64,000 nt of DNA from Diplonema japonicum (lineage: Eukaryota; Protista; Euglenozoa: Diplonemea), in contig OZ025650.1 of the NCBI GenBank assembly GCA_964019335.1, positions 372,001-436,000 on the forward strand. The letters run 5' to 3'. The first letter of the stretch is position 1; each line of letters begins with the position of its first letter. Shown piece after piece: positions 21,737-32,700 of the stretch. The position numbers were made by a program, and so were the translations under genes. The notes under the pieces are model-generated. The model ran no database searches and had not been told where the DNA came from. It saw only the letters and a program-made list of their open reading frames with translations.

Positions 21737-24700
21737 TCAGCTGTCGGGAGCCTCCTCTAATTTGGACTCCTCTTCGTACGATACCACAGTGTTGCCCTCT
21801 ACAGTAGGGTGCGACGATGCAATCAGGATGGGTTCATGGGCGTTTTGAAGGATCTTATTGTTGGCGACAACACCGTGCGACCCGTTGTTGCGGATGAAGA
21901 CACCGTGGGACGCACCGCTTTTGATAACGTTGCCTTCTACGGAAGGGTTGGACTCGCCGGTGATTACGATTTGAGACATTTGGGAGGAGAGGAAGGTGTT
22001 TCCAGCGATTTTGCCCTTGCTAGCATTCCTGCAGAATACAGCGCTGCCGTTGGTGTTCTTACAGGTGTTCTGTTTTATGAAGGGATCGGCAGTGTCTTCG
22101 ATTGTGAGCGCGCTGCCGATATTTTCATTGAACTGGTTTGCCGCGGCTTCCACCACACCGCAGCCGGTGATGAAAAGCCCGGCTTCGCCAGCATTGTGGA
22201 TCTCGTTATTTAGAATCCTCAGACCGTCGCATCTAGCGGTTGAGATGTTATACTTTTTGTTTCGTTGGAGTTGGCACCTTGATATCTCACCCCTGCATTG
22301 TTCCATGACTACTCCATGGCAGCTCCCGTCCAGGAAAGTAGTGCTATGGACCGTCACTTCGCTGTTGGCAGCACTGAGACCACAGTGCAACGACTCGACC
22401 ATTGTGTTCTTTTTTAAAAAGATCTGGCATGAAACCGCAACAACAGCCTTCTCACACATCGTGAACGTATTCTCCTCAACAGTGACCGGTGTGCAGTCAT
22501 GTAAAGCGAGCCCTGTTTCTGTTTCTGTGAAGGTGTTCATTGATATCGGTACAACTTTCGATGTTCCATCCACCTTGGCCCCTGTTCCGTTCTTGGTGAA
22601 GGTGTTCTGCTGTACACTCCCTTCGCTGTCCTTGCAAAAGAGAACTCCGGTTGAATTATTCGAAAAGGTATTCATGTGCACCACAGCAGTTCCCCTCACC
22701 ACACAGACCGCCGAACCGTTCTTCGTGAATGTGCTGTTGGTGAGGTTCAGAACACCGTGTGATTCTATTCCCGTTTTGTACCCTGAAAATGTGTTTGCAT
22801 AAAGTTCAGCCTGTCCATCCCTCTGGATCTTTATACCGGTCCCATGGGCGTCTAGAGTTGACTCGAATGTGTTTCCTTGTAATGTAAGGCAGCCTGATTT
22901 TATATTTATCTCGACATCGTTGTGTTTAAACGTGTTGTTCTCCAGAGAACCCTTCGCCTTGCACAGCATCATCCCACATCCGCTCCCAGTCACGATGTTT
23001 GCACTTATGACAGGGTTGCCTTCTTTTATGAGGAAGGCATTTCCGCATGTTTCTACAATGTTTTTTGTTACGAACCCGCCCCCCAGGTCCCAGTCTACAC
23101 CGATTTCGGATTCCCGCAATGTGTTCTGAGTAACACTCACATCGACACGTGTCGCGCTGATGCACGTGGTGCATTTTTCTATTGTGTTCTTCTCTACTGT
23201 CACGTCCTCACAGGATTCGATCGCAACGCCTGTTGTGCTGTCTCTGATTTGATTCTGCAGTATTATTGTTTCCTTTGCCATGTTCCCTGTCAATTTCACC
23301 CCCACTACAGACCCCTCCATGACGTTCCCTTCGACGGTGCAAGCAGTCCCGGTAATCCAGATACCCTTCATGTTCCTCATGAATTTATTTTGTTTGACAA
23401 GCACTGTACCCCCGTCGGTTTGCAGGCCTACTTGTACGCAGCCTTCGATCAAACTATCTTTGATTTCGACAGATGACACCCCCTTCTCAGTAACAACGCC
23501 ATATTCGCAGCTTCTTACCTTAATATCTGACATCACAGTGCTCTCCGTGGCTCGCACGGCCACCGCAGTGCCGCAGTCATCGAAAACAGATTCTGTGACG
23601 GTGCTGTGTGCTGTGTGCATCTGACACCCAACCTTGCATTTTATGAACTCCACTTTTGTTACTGTCAAGCTGTTGCACTCCGCTGTGACACCCTCTCCCC
23701 TGCAGAGTTTTATGGTGCATTCCGCCACCGTTGCTTTGCAGCATGTGTTGTCTACAGCGATGCCGTGCCGCCAGCAGTCTCCTACGTTTGTCGTCATTAT
23801 TCTGAGCTCCTTATTGTTTCTGAGCGTGATGCCCGCCTCTGCCTTCTCGATGGAAACGTTGTTCAGCACGACCACCTTGCACTCCTCCACCACCAAGGCT
23901 GTGCCCAATATACCGCGCAGTGTGCTGCTATCGATTGTGATGCTCTCGCATGCGCTCACAGCCACCCCTGTCCGTGGTGCATCCATCACACTGCATTTCT
24001 TCATACTCACACGATTAGACTTTTCGATTGCAACCGCCGAACTGCCTTGAGCCTTTCGTGCGCTGCACCTTTCTAGTATGATGTCCGTGCACTCCCGCAC
24101 CACTGCACCTGCGATGTGCCACTCCCACTCGTGCACTGCCACGTCGTTGCAGCCCTCGATCACAACACCCCGCTTCCCCGTGTCGGTAGTATTCCCTCCG
24201 AGCATGTCTACAAATGAGGACTTCCGCACTGTTAGCACAGCCGCCCTCAGTGTTACGTTGCGTAGCGTGATGTGCCGCGAAGAGTCCACAAGCACCCCTA
24301 CAGGGGGGCTGCTGCACTCCGCAGCGTGCAGTGTGCAGCGCGCCAGTTCCACGTTTTCCGAATGCAGCACCTCAGCCCCTGAAGGGTAGCACAGCGAGAA
24401 AGTGGTTTCGGTCACCACGATAGGCTGCCTGCAGCCCTCGACAACGAGACCTCTGCGGCACTTCTTGAACAGCCCGTGCAAGATATCAACGCGGGGCGAG
24501 CCCCTGCAGTGCACACCGATGCCGCATTTATCGAACACGCAGCATTCTACGTGGCACGATGCGGAGCCGTGCACAGCCAGCCCGCAGGGGGACCGGAAGA
24601 TACCCTCGCGGATATGCAGAGCACCCATGGAGTCGATGCATGGGACACTGGTGGAGTTGATTTCAACTTTGCTGAGAGTGAGCCGCCCAGCTGGGGCGAC

Positions 24701-25369
24701 GGAGAGGACCGCGGGACCGGACTGCGACGAGGAGTCGAAGGTGAGGGACTCGAGAGTGACAAGGGCAGTTCCGCAGACTTCGATGGAAGGAGAGGTGGAG
24801 GAGCAGGACACGACGGAGCCGGGAAGGCCCACAATGTGCATGAAGTCCAAGGGGCGCAGAGTGGTGGTAATCTGGTGGACACCAGGGCACAAGAAGATAA
24901 CGTCACCATGAAGAGAAGCTGAGACAGCATCGTGAATAGATGAGAAGACTAAAGAGTGGTGGTGGAGGAAGAGGGCCAAAGCGGACTCAAAGGTCCTGAC
25001 CACGAACAGCCCACGAGGCTCGGCGGCAAGACATGCTGTCAAGAGAGGTACTTCAAGAACAGCAATCCATCGAAAAGGCTCCTTGTTGTACTTCTCGTAA
25101 GCCAGTCCGTGGTGCAGCGTGTTCTTGATGGTTGCGGACCCTCGGTGTACAATCTCCTCTTCTCCAATTTTTACCTTTTCCCTCTCATCTGTTTCCTGTG
25201 CACACAAGATCCTCATCTTCTGCTCAATGGCGGTAAGCTCCATTCTTTGCATTGTCTTCCTGAAGGTGTCTTCTTCCTTTCTCCGCTTAGCCACCCTCTC
25301 CGCTGCTAGTTCCATTTCCTTTCTTATGACTTCTTCGCTCCATAAGCTTTCTATTACAGAGGAGCTCAT
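21737..25369 (-). CDS. Right-handed parallel beta-helix (PbH1/NosD-like) repeat protein
   Basis: SIHDAVSASLHGDVIFLCPGVH cap followed by many ~22-aa repeats; ATG at 25369. Confidence 0.88.
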   Translation of the reverse strand: MSSSVIESLWSEEVIRKEMELAAERVAKRRKEEDTFRKTMQRMELTAIEQKMRILCAQETDEREKVKIGEEEIVHRGSATIKNTLHHGLAYEKYNKEPFRWIAVLEVPLLTACLAAEPRGLFVVRTFESALALFLHHHSLVFSSIHDAVSASLHGDVIFLCPGVHQITTTLRPLDFMHIVGLPGSVVSCSSTSPSIEVCGTALVTLESLTFDSSSQSGPAVLSVAPAGRLTLSKVEINSTSVPCIDSMGALHIREGIFRSPCGLAVHGSASCHVECCVFDKCGIGVHCRGSPRVDILHGLFKKCRRGLVVEGCRQPIVVTETTFSLCYPSGAEVLHSENVELARCTLHAAECSSPPVGVLVDSSRHITLRNVTLRAAVLTVRKSSFVDMLGGNTTDTGKRGVVIEGCNDVAVHEWEWHIAGAVVRECTDIILERCSARKAQGSSAVAIEKSNRVSMKKCSVMDAPRTGVAVSACESITIDSSTLRGILGTALVVEECKVVVLNNVSIEKAEAGITLRNNKELRIMTTNVGDCWRHGIAVDNTCCKATVAECTIKLCRGEGVTAECNSLTVTKVEFIKCKVGCQMHTAHSTVTESVFDDCGTAVAVRATESTVMSDIKVRSCEYGVVTEKGVSSVEIKDSLIEGCVQVGLQTDGGTVLVKQNKFMRNMKGIWITGTACTVEGNVMEGSVVGVKLTGNMAKETIILQNQIRDSTTGVAIESCEDVTVEKNTIEKCTTCISATRVDVSVTQNTLRESEIGVDWDLGGGFVTKNIVETCGNAFLIKEGNPVISANIVTGSGCGMMLCKAKGSLENNTFKHNDVEINIKSGCLTLQGNTFESTLDAHGTGIKIQRDGQAELYANTFSGYKTGIESHGVLNLTNSTFTKNGSAVCVVRGTAVVHMNTFSNNSTGVLFCKDSEGSVQQNTFTKNGTGAKVDGTSKVVPISMNTFTETETGLALHDCTPVTVEENTFTMCEKAVVAVSCQIFLKKNTMVESLHCGLSAANSEVTVHSTTFLDGSCHGVVMEQCRGEISRCQLQRNKKYNISTARCDGLRILNNEIHNAGEAGLFITGCGVVEAAANQFNENIGSALTIEDTADPFIKQNTCKNTNGSAVFCRNASKGKIAGNTFLSSQMSQIVITGESNPSVEGNVIKSGASHGVFIRNNGSHGVVANNKILQNAHEPILIASSHPTVEGNTVVSYEEESKLEEAPDS

Positions 25370-26119
25370 TTTATTTTTTTGGGGGGGGGGCACTATATCG
25401 GTGAATTAGAATTTTTTTAATACTATCCTTGGAAAGAAAGAAAGAAAAAAAAGGGAAATGTAGATTGAGAGGGAGAAAGGAAAAAAAGAAAGTAGGGCAT
25501 TGGGAGGAAGAAAGGGGGAGGGGAACAAGACAAAATAGTAAAGAAAAATCGAAAGAGGAAAAATAAAGGGAGGGTGGGGTGGGGGAAAGAAATGTCTCTC
25601 ACTGATAGACCTCCTACTTCTGATAATAGATTTTTTTTTGAAAATCTTTTTTTTTTTCTTCCCTTCACTTTTTTTTAATTTTTTCCCGAGACCGATCTTT
25701 CTTCACAGTTGAGGATACGGATGATAGTTTTTTTTTTTTTTTTTTTTCTTTGAAAAAAAAAAGGGGTCACCACGGCCCCCTTTTTCGTTTTCTATCTTTA
25801 TGTGTTTGTTTCCCCTCTTTTTAAATTAATCTCTTCTCTAATTGATTGTATTTATTTTTTTTCCAGACAAAAAAAAAAAAAAAAAAAGGTGAAAAAAATT
25901 CTTCTTTTGAACTCTTGAAATATTTTTTTTATTTTTTCCAGCTCAGGTAAGACCCGAGCGGGGAAAAGGACAAACTAAAAATTCAATAAAGTTCAGCGGG
26001 GCTCGCTGTTCAAGTAAAACAGCGAGCACCCCCATGAACTAAAAAGAAATGAAAAATACACATGAAAAGGGAATATTACATTATTTCACTCTCACCCTTG
26101 AAAACCCGGCTCGAGTTGG

Positions 26120-26161
<42 letters not shown>

Positions 26162-27003
26162 TTCCTGCTAAATTTAAAAATTGGGCTAAATCGAAAAGCT
26201 TTTTCTCTTCTCTTTTTTTTTTTTTTCTCTGTATTTCTTACCCCATTTCTTCTTTTCAAGTTAATTTTCATTTTTCGCTCCTTCAATAATATGAACCCAT
26301 TCCCGCCCCTCCCCCTTTCCTTTTTTTTTTTTGAAATCTCTTCTTTTTTTTTAAAAAAAAAACAACAAGGCGGCAGAGAAAAGAAAGTATCTACTTTACA
26401 CACTTTCGAGTAGAGCCTTTCTTTCGTTTCCTTGCGTCCTTTTTTCTTTTTCTTTCCGTTTCCTTTCTTATAATAAAAAAACTGGGAACCCTTCACACCC
26501 CTTTTCCCCTTTTACCGCTAACTCAGCTCTTCTGTTTTCCTTCAGTCCAACTCCCCGGCAAGCACCTTAAGAGATATTACAAACTATTTTTTTTTTTTGA
26601 CGTGAGAGAAGAACCAAAGACAACAACAACCGTGAAGAAAAGTGAAAGGGAGGGACAAGAAACATGTGAACAATGAAAATAATTTAAAAAAAAAAAAGAA
26701 GGGGTATTCTGGAAATAAAGGGATTCTTCAATAATTCGTTTTTTCTTTTCTATAAAAAAGAAAAAAAAGGGGGGAAAGAAAAAAAAAAAAAAAAAAAAAA
26801 GCAAAGAGGGACCGTCAGGGAAAAGAAAATATTTCTTTTTTTTGTCTAGTTTATATGTCCCAACCGATGGGCGTATCAAAGAAAAAAATCAAAAAAAAAA
26901 ATACAATCGGAAAGAAGAAGAAGAAAAAAAAATGAAGAGAAAAAAAATGGGGGGGGGGAATGAAAAAATCTAAAATTCTAATTTTTTTTTCTCTCTCTCC
27001 AAT

Positions 27004-28107
27004 CTAGAAATCCGCATCAAGTTTGAAGCCGGAGTCAGCAGCCTCGGCTTGGTGGTTACTGCTCACACCAGCCTTGGAGTAGTCCGAAACACGCTTTTCG
27101 AAGAAATTAGTTTTGCCCTGCAGGGAAATCAGTTCCATGAAATCGAAGGGGTTGGTCACGTTGTACTCTTTAGTGTAGCCAAGCGACACTAACAGACGGT
27201 CAGCAACGAATTCAATATATTGCGCCATCAGCGCGGAGTTCATTCCAATTAGCTTCACGGGCAGTGCGTCACACACGAACTCCTGTTCGATTTTAACAGC
27301 ATCCAAAATGATTGTCTTTGCCCTTTCCTCGCTCAGCTTGGTGTACTTGAGGTGCGAGTACAACAAACAAGCAAAGTCACAATGCAGACCTTCATCCCTT
27401 GAGATCAGCTCGTTCGAGAATGTCAGCCCAGGCATCAGACCCCTCTTCTTCATCCAGAAGATGGAACAGAACGACCCGGAGAAGAAAATCCCTTCAACAG
27501 CAGCGAACGCGATCAGACGTTCAGCGAAGGTCGATTGACTACCGATCCACTTGATAGCCCAGTCTGCCTTCTTCGTGACGCATGGGATGGTCTCGGTGGC
27601 GTTGAAGAGCTTGTCCTTCTCCGCAGGGTCAGAGATGTAGGTGTCGATGAGTGTGCTGTACATCTCAGAGTGGATGTTTTCAATGGCGATTTGGAAGCCG
27701 TAGAAACATCTGACCTCAGGGACCTGTACATCTGTCATGAACCTGCCAGCAAGGTTCTCCAGTACGATCCCGTCGGAGGCTGCGAAGAAGGCGAGCACGT
27801 GCTTGATGTAGTGCCTCTCGTCGTCGTTCAGCTTATTCCAGTCGGCCAGGTCCCCAGACAGGTCCACCTCCTCAACAGGCCAGAACGACGCCTCCGCGTC
27901 CTTGTACATCTGCCATATGTCACGGTACTCCAGCGGGAACAGAACATACCTCTGCGCGTTTTCCTTCAACAACGGCTCCTTCTTCTCGAGCTCCTTGATG
28001 TCGGTGTTCTCCTCTATCCTCGCCCTCTTCGCGGGAGGCGTGCTTGACACGTTCACAGCATTCTCTGCCAGCGGCTTCCTTGTCTCGGTCTGTACGGTCC
28101 CCGACAT
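27004..28107 (-). CDS. RNR2: Ribonucleoside-diphosphate reductase small subunit
   Basis: [44 protein letters not shown]-terminal LDADF; ATG at 28107. Confidence 0.98.
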   Translation of the reverse strand: MSGTVQTETRKPLAENAVNVSSTPPAKRARIEENTDIKELEKKEPLLKENAQRYVLFPLEYRDIWQMYKDAEASFWPVEEVDLSGDLADWNKLNDDERHYIKHVLAFFAASDGIVLENLAGRFMTDVQVPEVRCFYGFQIAIENIHSEMYSTLIDTYISDPAEKDKLFNATETIPCVTKKADWAIKWIGSQSTFAERLIAFAAVEGIFFSGSFCSIFWMKKRGLMPGLTFSNELISRDEGLHCDFACLLYSHLKYTKLSEERAKTIILDAVKIEQEFVCDALPVKLIGMNSALMAQYIEFVADRLLVSLGYTKEYNVTNPFDFMELISLQGKTNFFEKRVSDYSKAGVSSNHQAEAADSGFKLDADF

Positions 28108-28171
28108 GATGCTTGTGTCTGTTTGAATATTCCTGTGAAGAAAGAAATGGCACTTCTCAAACCCAGAATCC

Positions 28172-28214
28172 AGAACCCGAGGGGGGACCAAGAACCCCGA
28201 GGGGGGACCAAGAA
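28172..28214. repeat. ~20-bp tandem duplication upstream of RNR2
   Basis: agaaccc(c)gaggggggacca twice. Confidence 0.8.
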
Positions 28215-28425
28215 AATTAAGGAAAACTTCTGTGTCTTGCTCAGAAGTTGTGAAAGCTTTATCAAGAGTGTTGTATTCAGCCAGAGGCCTCGTGGCCCCG
28301 TCGTATAGTACCGATCCTGTTTCTCATCATCGCAGGGTGGCTGCGGAAGTCAGGAGGGAGAGGGAACGAAAACTGGATCTATTTCCGGGGGATGAGGAAA
28401 AACTATGAACAACAGCAACAAACAA

Positions 28426-28521
28426 GAGTCAGCCTCCTCGACCTATTCTTTGGGTGCTCATCTCCCAGGGGTTTCCTGAGATGCACAGAGATTCCTTGTG
28501 TAAAAACAAAAATCATCATTT
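28426..28521 (-). ncRNA. C/D snoRNA family E variant 2 (guide shifted 2 nt), copy 3
   Basis: ATGATGA...AGAATAGGTCGAGGAGG-CTGA. Confidence 0.82.
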
Positions 28522-28591
28522 GTTTGCTCTCCTGCTGTAGTTCAGGTAGTTTCTTCTTTTTTTCTTCCCTCTCCTCTTCCTTTTCAACTAT

Positions 28592-28870
28592 TTATGTAGG
28601 ACCACACCAAGGCACACAAAAGACACATGGAAGGAAGTGAAGGTGTGCTGGTTAAATGTGGTTCTGAGCTTTGCTGTTGCGTGCGTTGAAAAGGGAGGGC
28701 GGGATCTTTTGCTTCTCCCCAACAAAGTGTGTGGAGACCCATCCCTCCCAAACCTGTCGCCACGCGTTCGGGGGTGCTGGTGGCGGAAGCAAAGTGGTCA
28801 ACTCATCTTGGAACAGGGAGTATACTGTTGGCAGCATGGGTGACCCCGCCACAGAGCTGTTTGTTCCCTC
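28592..28870 (-). ncRNA. ~280-nt multi-hairpin H/ACA RNA candidate, copy 2
   Basis: Near-identical to 3033-3316. Confidence 0.7.
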
Positions 28871-28922
28871 GCTTTTCTTTATGTCATTCTTTCCTTTTCT
28901 TTTTATTTTCCCTTTCTCACCA

Positions 28923-29033
28923 TTGATCAGAAGTCAGGTAGGGTGTTCTTGGAATCGTTGCTCAACAAGTGATTGTTTGAAGATCTTCAGATTGGCTAGG
29001 GCGGTAGAATTCCAGGTTGTCATCATTTCAATT
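28923..29033 (-). ncRNA. C/D snoRNA family B, copy 3
   Basis: Near-identical to 85-196. Confidence 0.8.
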
Positions 29034-29762
29034 GGAGGTTTTCTCTTTGTGGCAAAATGAAAAAAAAAGCTAAAAAGTCAACTGGGGGCGAAAGGCTAGA
29101 GGGCTTTTCTAATGGTGGTGCCGAGAGATGAACAGGCAAATAATACGAGTAGAAGAGAAGAGGGGGGGAAGTGCGATGTCACACGCAAACTCCGCGCGAG
29201 AGCCGCAGGGAAAGAAAAGAAAGAGAGAGAAAGAAAAAAAATCGAAGAGAGATACAAAAGCGAAACAGGAAATTATCCCGTACGCCCTTTTGCAGAGAGG
29301 ACAAATGCTAAGAAGAGCAGTAGAAATGGAAAAGCCCTTTCTCACTTCTGACATGGTGCTAGGACCGCCGGATTCGAGGTGCCTATGCACAAAGAAGTGA
29401 GAGCCAAGGATGGACAGAGTCGTACCTCCTCTGCAAAGGAAAGGTCCGAACCACCCTGAGGGTAAAAAGAGATATTGCAACTGCAGGGATATGTTCACAA
29501 AGGGAAAAAGGGGGGAGAATAATTCTGCTTGCACAAGCGAGGGTGACAGCCTGCGTCTCCACCCAGCAACTTGGACTAGGGCTAGATATTATTTCCCCTT
29601 TTCTCTTTTCGAAAGTAATGTTCAGTCTGTTAAATAAAGAGGAAGATGGAATAGAATAAAGATTGGAAATAATTTATAAAAAAAATATAACATCAAACCG
29701 TACTGACCTTCAGCAAAGAAGGCCGTAGCGGAAAAAGGGAATGCGAATATCTAGAATCAACT

Positions 29763-32700
29763 CTAGATGGTTCCCAGTTCCACATCTGCGGCTTGCTTGT
29801 GGACCACCACCTCTTCTTCGTTGAGTGCGTTGTAAAGCTCGTCTGCTGTAGCGGCTGTGCTCCTCTTGCGGCTGTAGACGGTGAGGGCGAGGGCGGATCC
29901 CATGCACAAGGCGCCGACCCCAGCGAGGAGGGCGTAGAGCCAGGTCTTGGACGAGGAGCCGGAGTTGGAGGAGTCATCGGTGGTGGTGGTGGTGGTGGTC
30001 TTCTTCCCGCCTGCCTCCACCACCCCCACAGGTTCCACCACAAGGGAGTAGCCGCCGGTGTTGTCCCTCATCGCGCCTTCCCCGTTCGCTGCCTGTTCTG
30101 TCGACTCCTCCAGTTCCTTCGCTGCCTTCTCGTCCACGAAGAACTCCCCGAACACACCCTCGTCACCCGCTGCCGCTGTCGAGGCCGTCTGCACAGCACT
30201 CGCCCCGAGCGCCTTCCCGGTTCGTGTCTTGTACTGTTCCAGCAGTGCCTTCTCCTCCACCGCCAGCTCAGCGTTCCACGAGGCGCGCACCTTGAACGCC
30301 CACTTCTCGCGCTGCGCCCCCTCCGGGACCGTGTACCCGACCATCAGGGACCCCACAGCCGTCACCACCAGTCGCGAAGGGTTCTTCGCAAGCTCCTCCG
30401 ATCCGCGCAGCAGCGACATCCTGAACTTCTTCAGGAAAGCTTTCGGGTTCTCCATCAGTTCTGAAGTTGTCCCCTTTAGTTTCAGCCTCAGTGACTTCTT
30501 CCCTTCCTTCTTCTCTTCTTCTTCTTCTTCTTCTTCTTCCTCCTTCTGCTTCTTCATCACAACAGTCTCCTCTTCCGCAGGGCACCACAGGTATTTCATG
30601 GAACAGCAACCCGCCTTCTGCTTAACGTCAAGGAGGCTCCCCGCCATGCAGTTCACCTCGCACTTGTTCTCGTTCTCGCAGCACCACTCCTTCTTCCCGG
30701 GTGCCTCTGTCTTGTCGTCGCAGTCAAACTTCGTCGCAAGGCACCTCACCCCCACCGCGCAGCACTCCTCGTCGCTCCTCTGCCCCTTCTTGCACTCCGC
30801 CACCACCTTTGCGAGTTCCTTCTCCGCGTCCACCACAGCCGGCGACGGGCACCTCACCTTCTGCTCACCGCAGCACCTTGTCTTCTGTTCCCTCGTCCAC
30901 GGTGCCACCGTCTCCATGTTCCATCTGCAGTCCAGAGGCTTGCACTCCTGCTCCTCGCATCTCATCTTCCCGTCAACGCACAGGCACATGTTGCAGTCCC
31001 TCATCGCTGTTTCCCCGGACTTCAGCACCTTTGCTCCTTCCACGCACTCCCTCTCCACAGGCAGCGACGGCACGTTCACCGCCACACACCTCGCCCCCTT
31101 CACCTTGTCCTCAACACAGGTCATGGTCGCAATGCAGACAACTGAAGCACAGGTCGGAACAGGAGGGTCGATGATGATCTGGGGCTTCTGACAAACAGAC
31201 TCAGAGACAAGGGTTTGAACACCGTCACGGGGCCTGCACACAAGGCCTTGGTCACACTTAACCTTCAAATCACCGTTGTTCTCACACACCTCACCCTCCT
31301 TCAGGTACTCTGGCTTCTCACACACCTTCTCTGTGCACCCCAACCTTCCGTTCATGCAGGTGCATTCGTTGCAGTCGTTCATGTATGACGAGCCTTCAGC
31401 GACGACCTTCCCATCGGAGTTGGTGCAGTCCAGGGGCTTGGGCTTCTCAAGGGGAACACACCTCGCCCCCTTCACCTTGTCCTCAACACAGGTCATGGTC
31501 GCAATGCAGATAACTGAAGCACAGGTAGGGTCGATGATGATCTGGGGCTTCTGACAAACAGACTCAGAGACAAGGGTTTGAACACCATCACGGGGCCTGC
31601 ACACAAGGCCTTGGTCACACTTACCCTTCACGTCACCGTTGTTCTCACACACCTCACCCTCCTTCAGGTACTCAGCAGACACGATTGGAACACACCTCGC
31701 CCCATTCACCTTATCCTCAACACAGGTAGTGGTCGCAATGCAGATCATCGAAGCACAAGTAGGCTTGGAAGGGTCGATGATGATTTGGGGCTTCTGGCAA
31801 ACAGACTCAGAGACAAGGGTTTGAATACCGTCACGGGGTCTGCACTCAAGGCCTTGGTCACACTTACCCTTCATGTCGCCGTTGTTTTCACACACCTCAC
31901 CCTCCTTCAGGTACTGTGCGGGTTTTGTGGGAGGGCTAGCCATGGGGACACACTCATCCTTCGGAGGGTCCACAGTGTTGTCAGTCATGCAGGTGTAGCC
32001 AGGGCCGCATCTCATGGTGGTGCACGCAACAGGCTTGGGCTTCTCAAGGGGAACACACCTCGCCCCCTTCACCTTGTCCTCAACACAGGTAGTGGTTGCG
32101 ATGCAGATCATCGAAGCACAGGTAGGCATAGAAGGGTCGATGATGATTTGGGGCTTCTGGCAAACAGACTCAGAGACAAGGGTATGAACACCATCACGGG
32201 GTCTGCACTCAAGGCCTTGGTCACACTTACCCTTCATGTCGCTGTTGTTCTCACACACCTCACCCTCCTTCAGGTACTTTGGCTTCTCACAAGCCATTTT
32301 CGTGCACCCCAACCTTCCGTTCATGCAAGTGCACGTGTTGCAGTCGTTCATGTATGACGAGCCTTCAGCGACGACCTTCCCATCAGAGTTGGTGCAGTCC
32401 AGGGGCTTGGGCTTCTCGATGGGAACACACCTCGCCCCATTCACCTTGTCCTCAACACAGGTAGTGGTTGCAATGCAGATCATTGAAGCACAGGTAGGCA
32501 TAGAAGGGTCGATGATGATTTGGGGCTTCTGGCAAACAGACTCAGAGACAAGGGTTTGAACACCATCATGGGGTCTGCACTCAAGGCCTTGGTCACACTT
32601 ACCCTTCATGTCGCCGTTGTTCTCACACACCTCACCCTCCTTCAGGTACTGTGCGGGTTTTGTGGGAGGGCTTGCCATGGGGACACACTCATCCCTGGGA

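Noticed and set aside
26001-26040. SECIS-like hairpin
   Set aside because: Lacks the AUGA/GA quartet on the sense strand, and no in-frame UGA gene lies nearby
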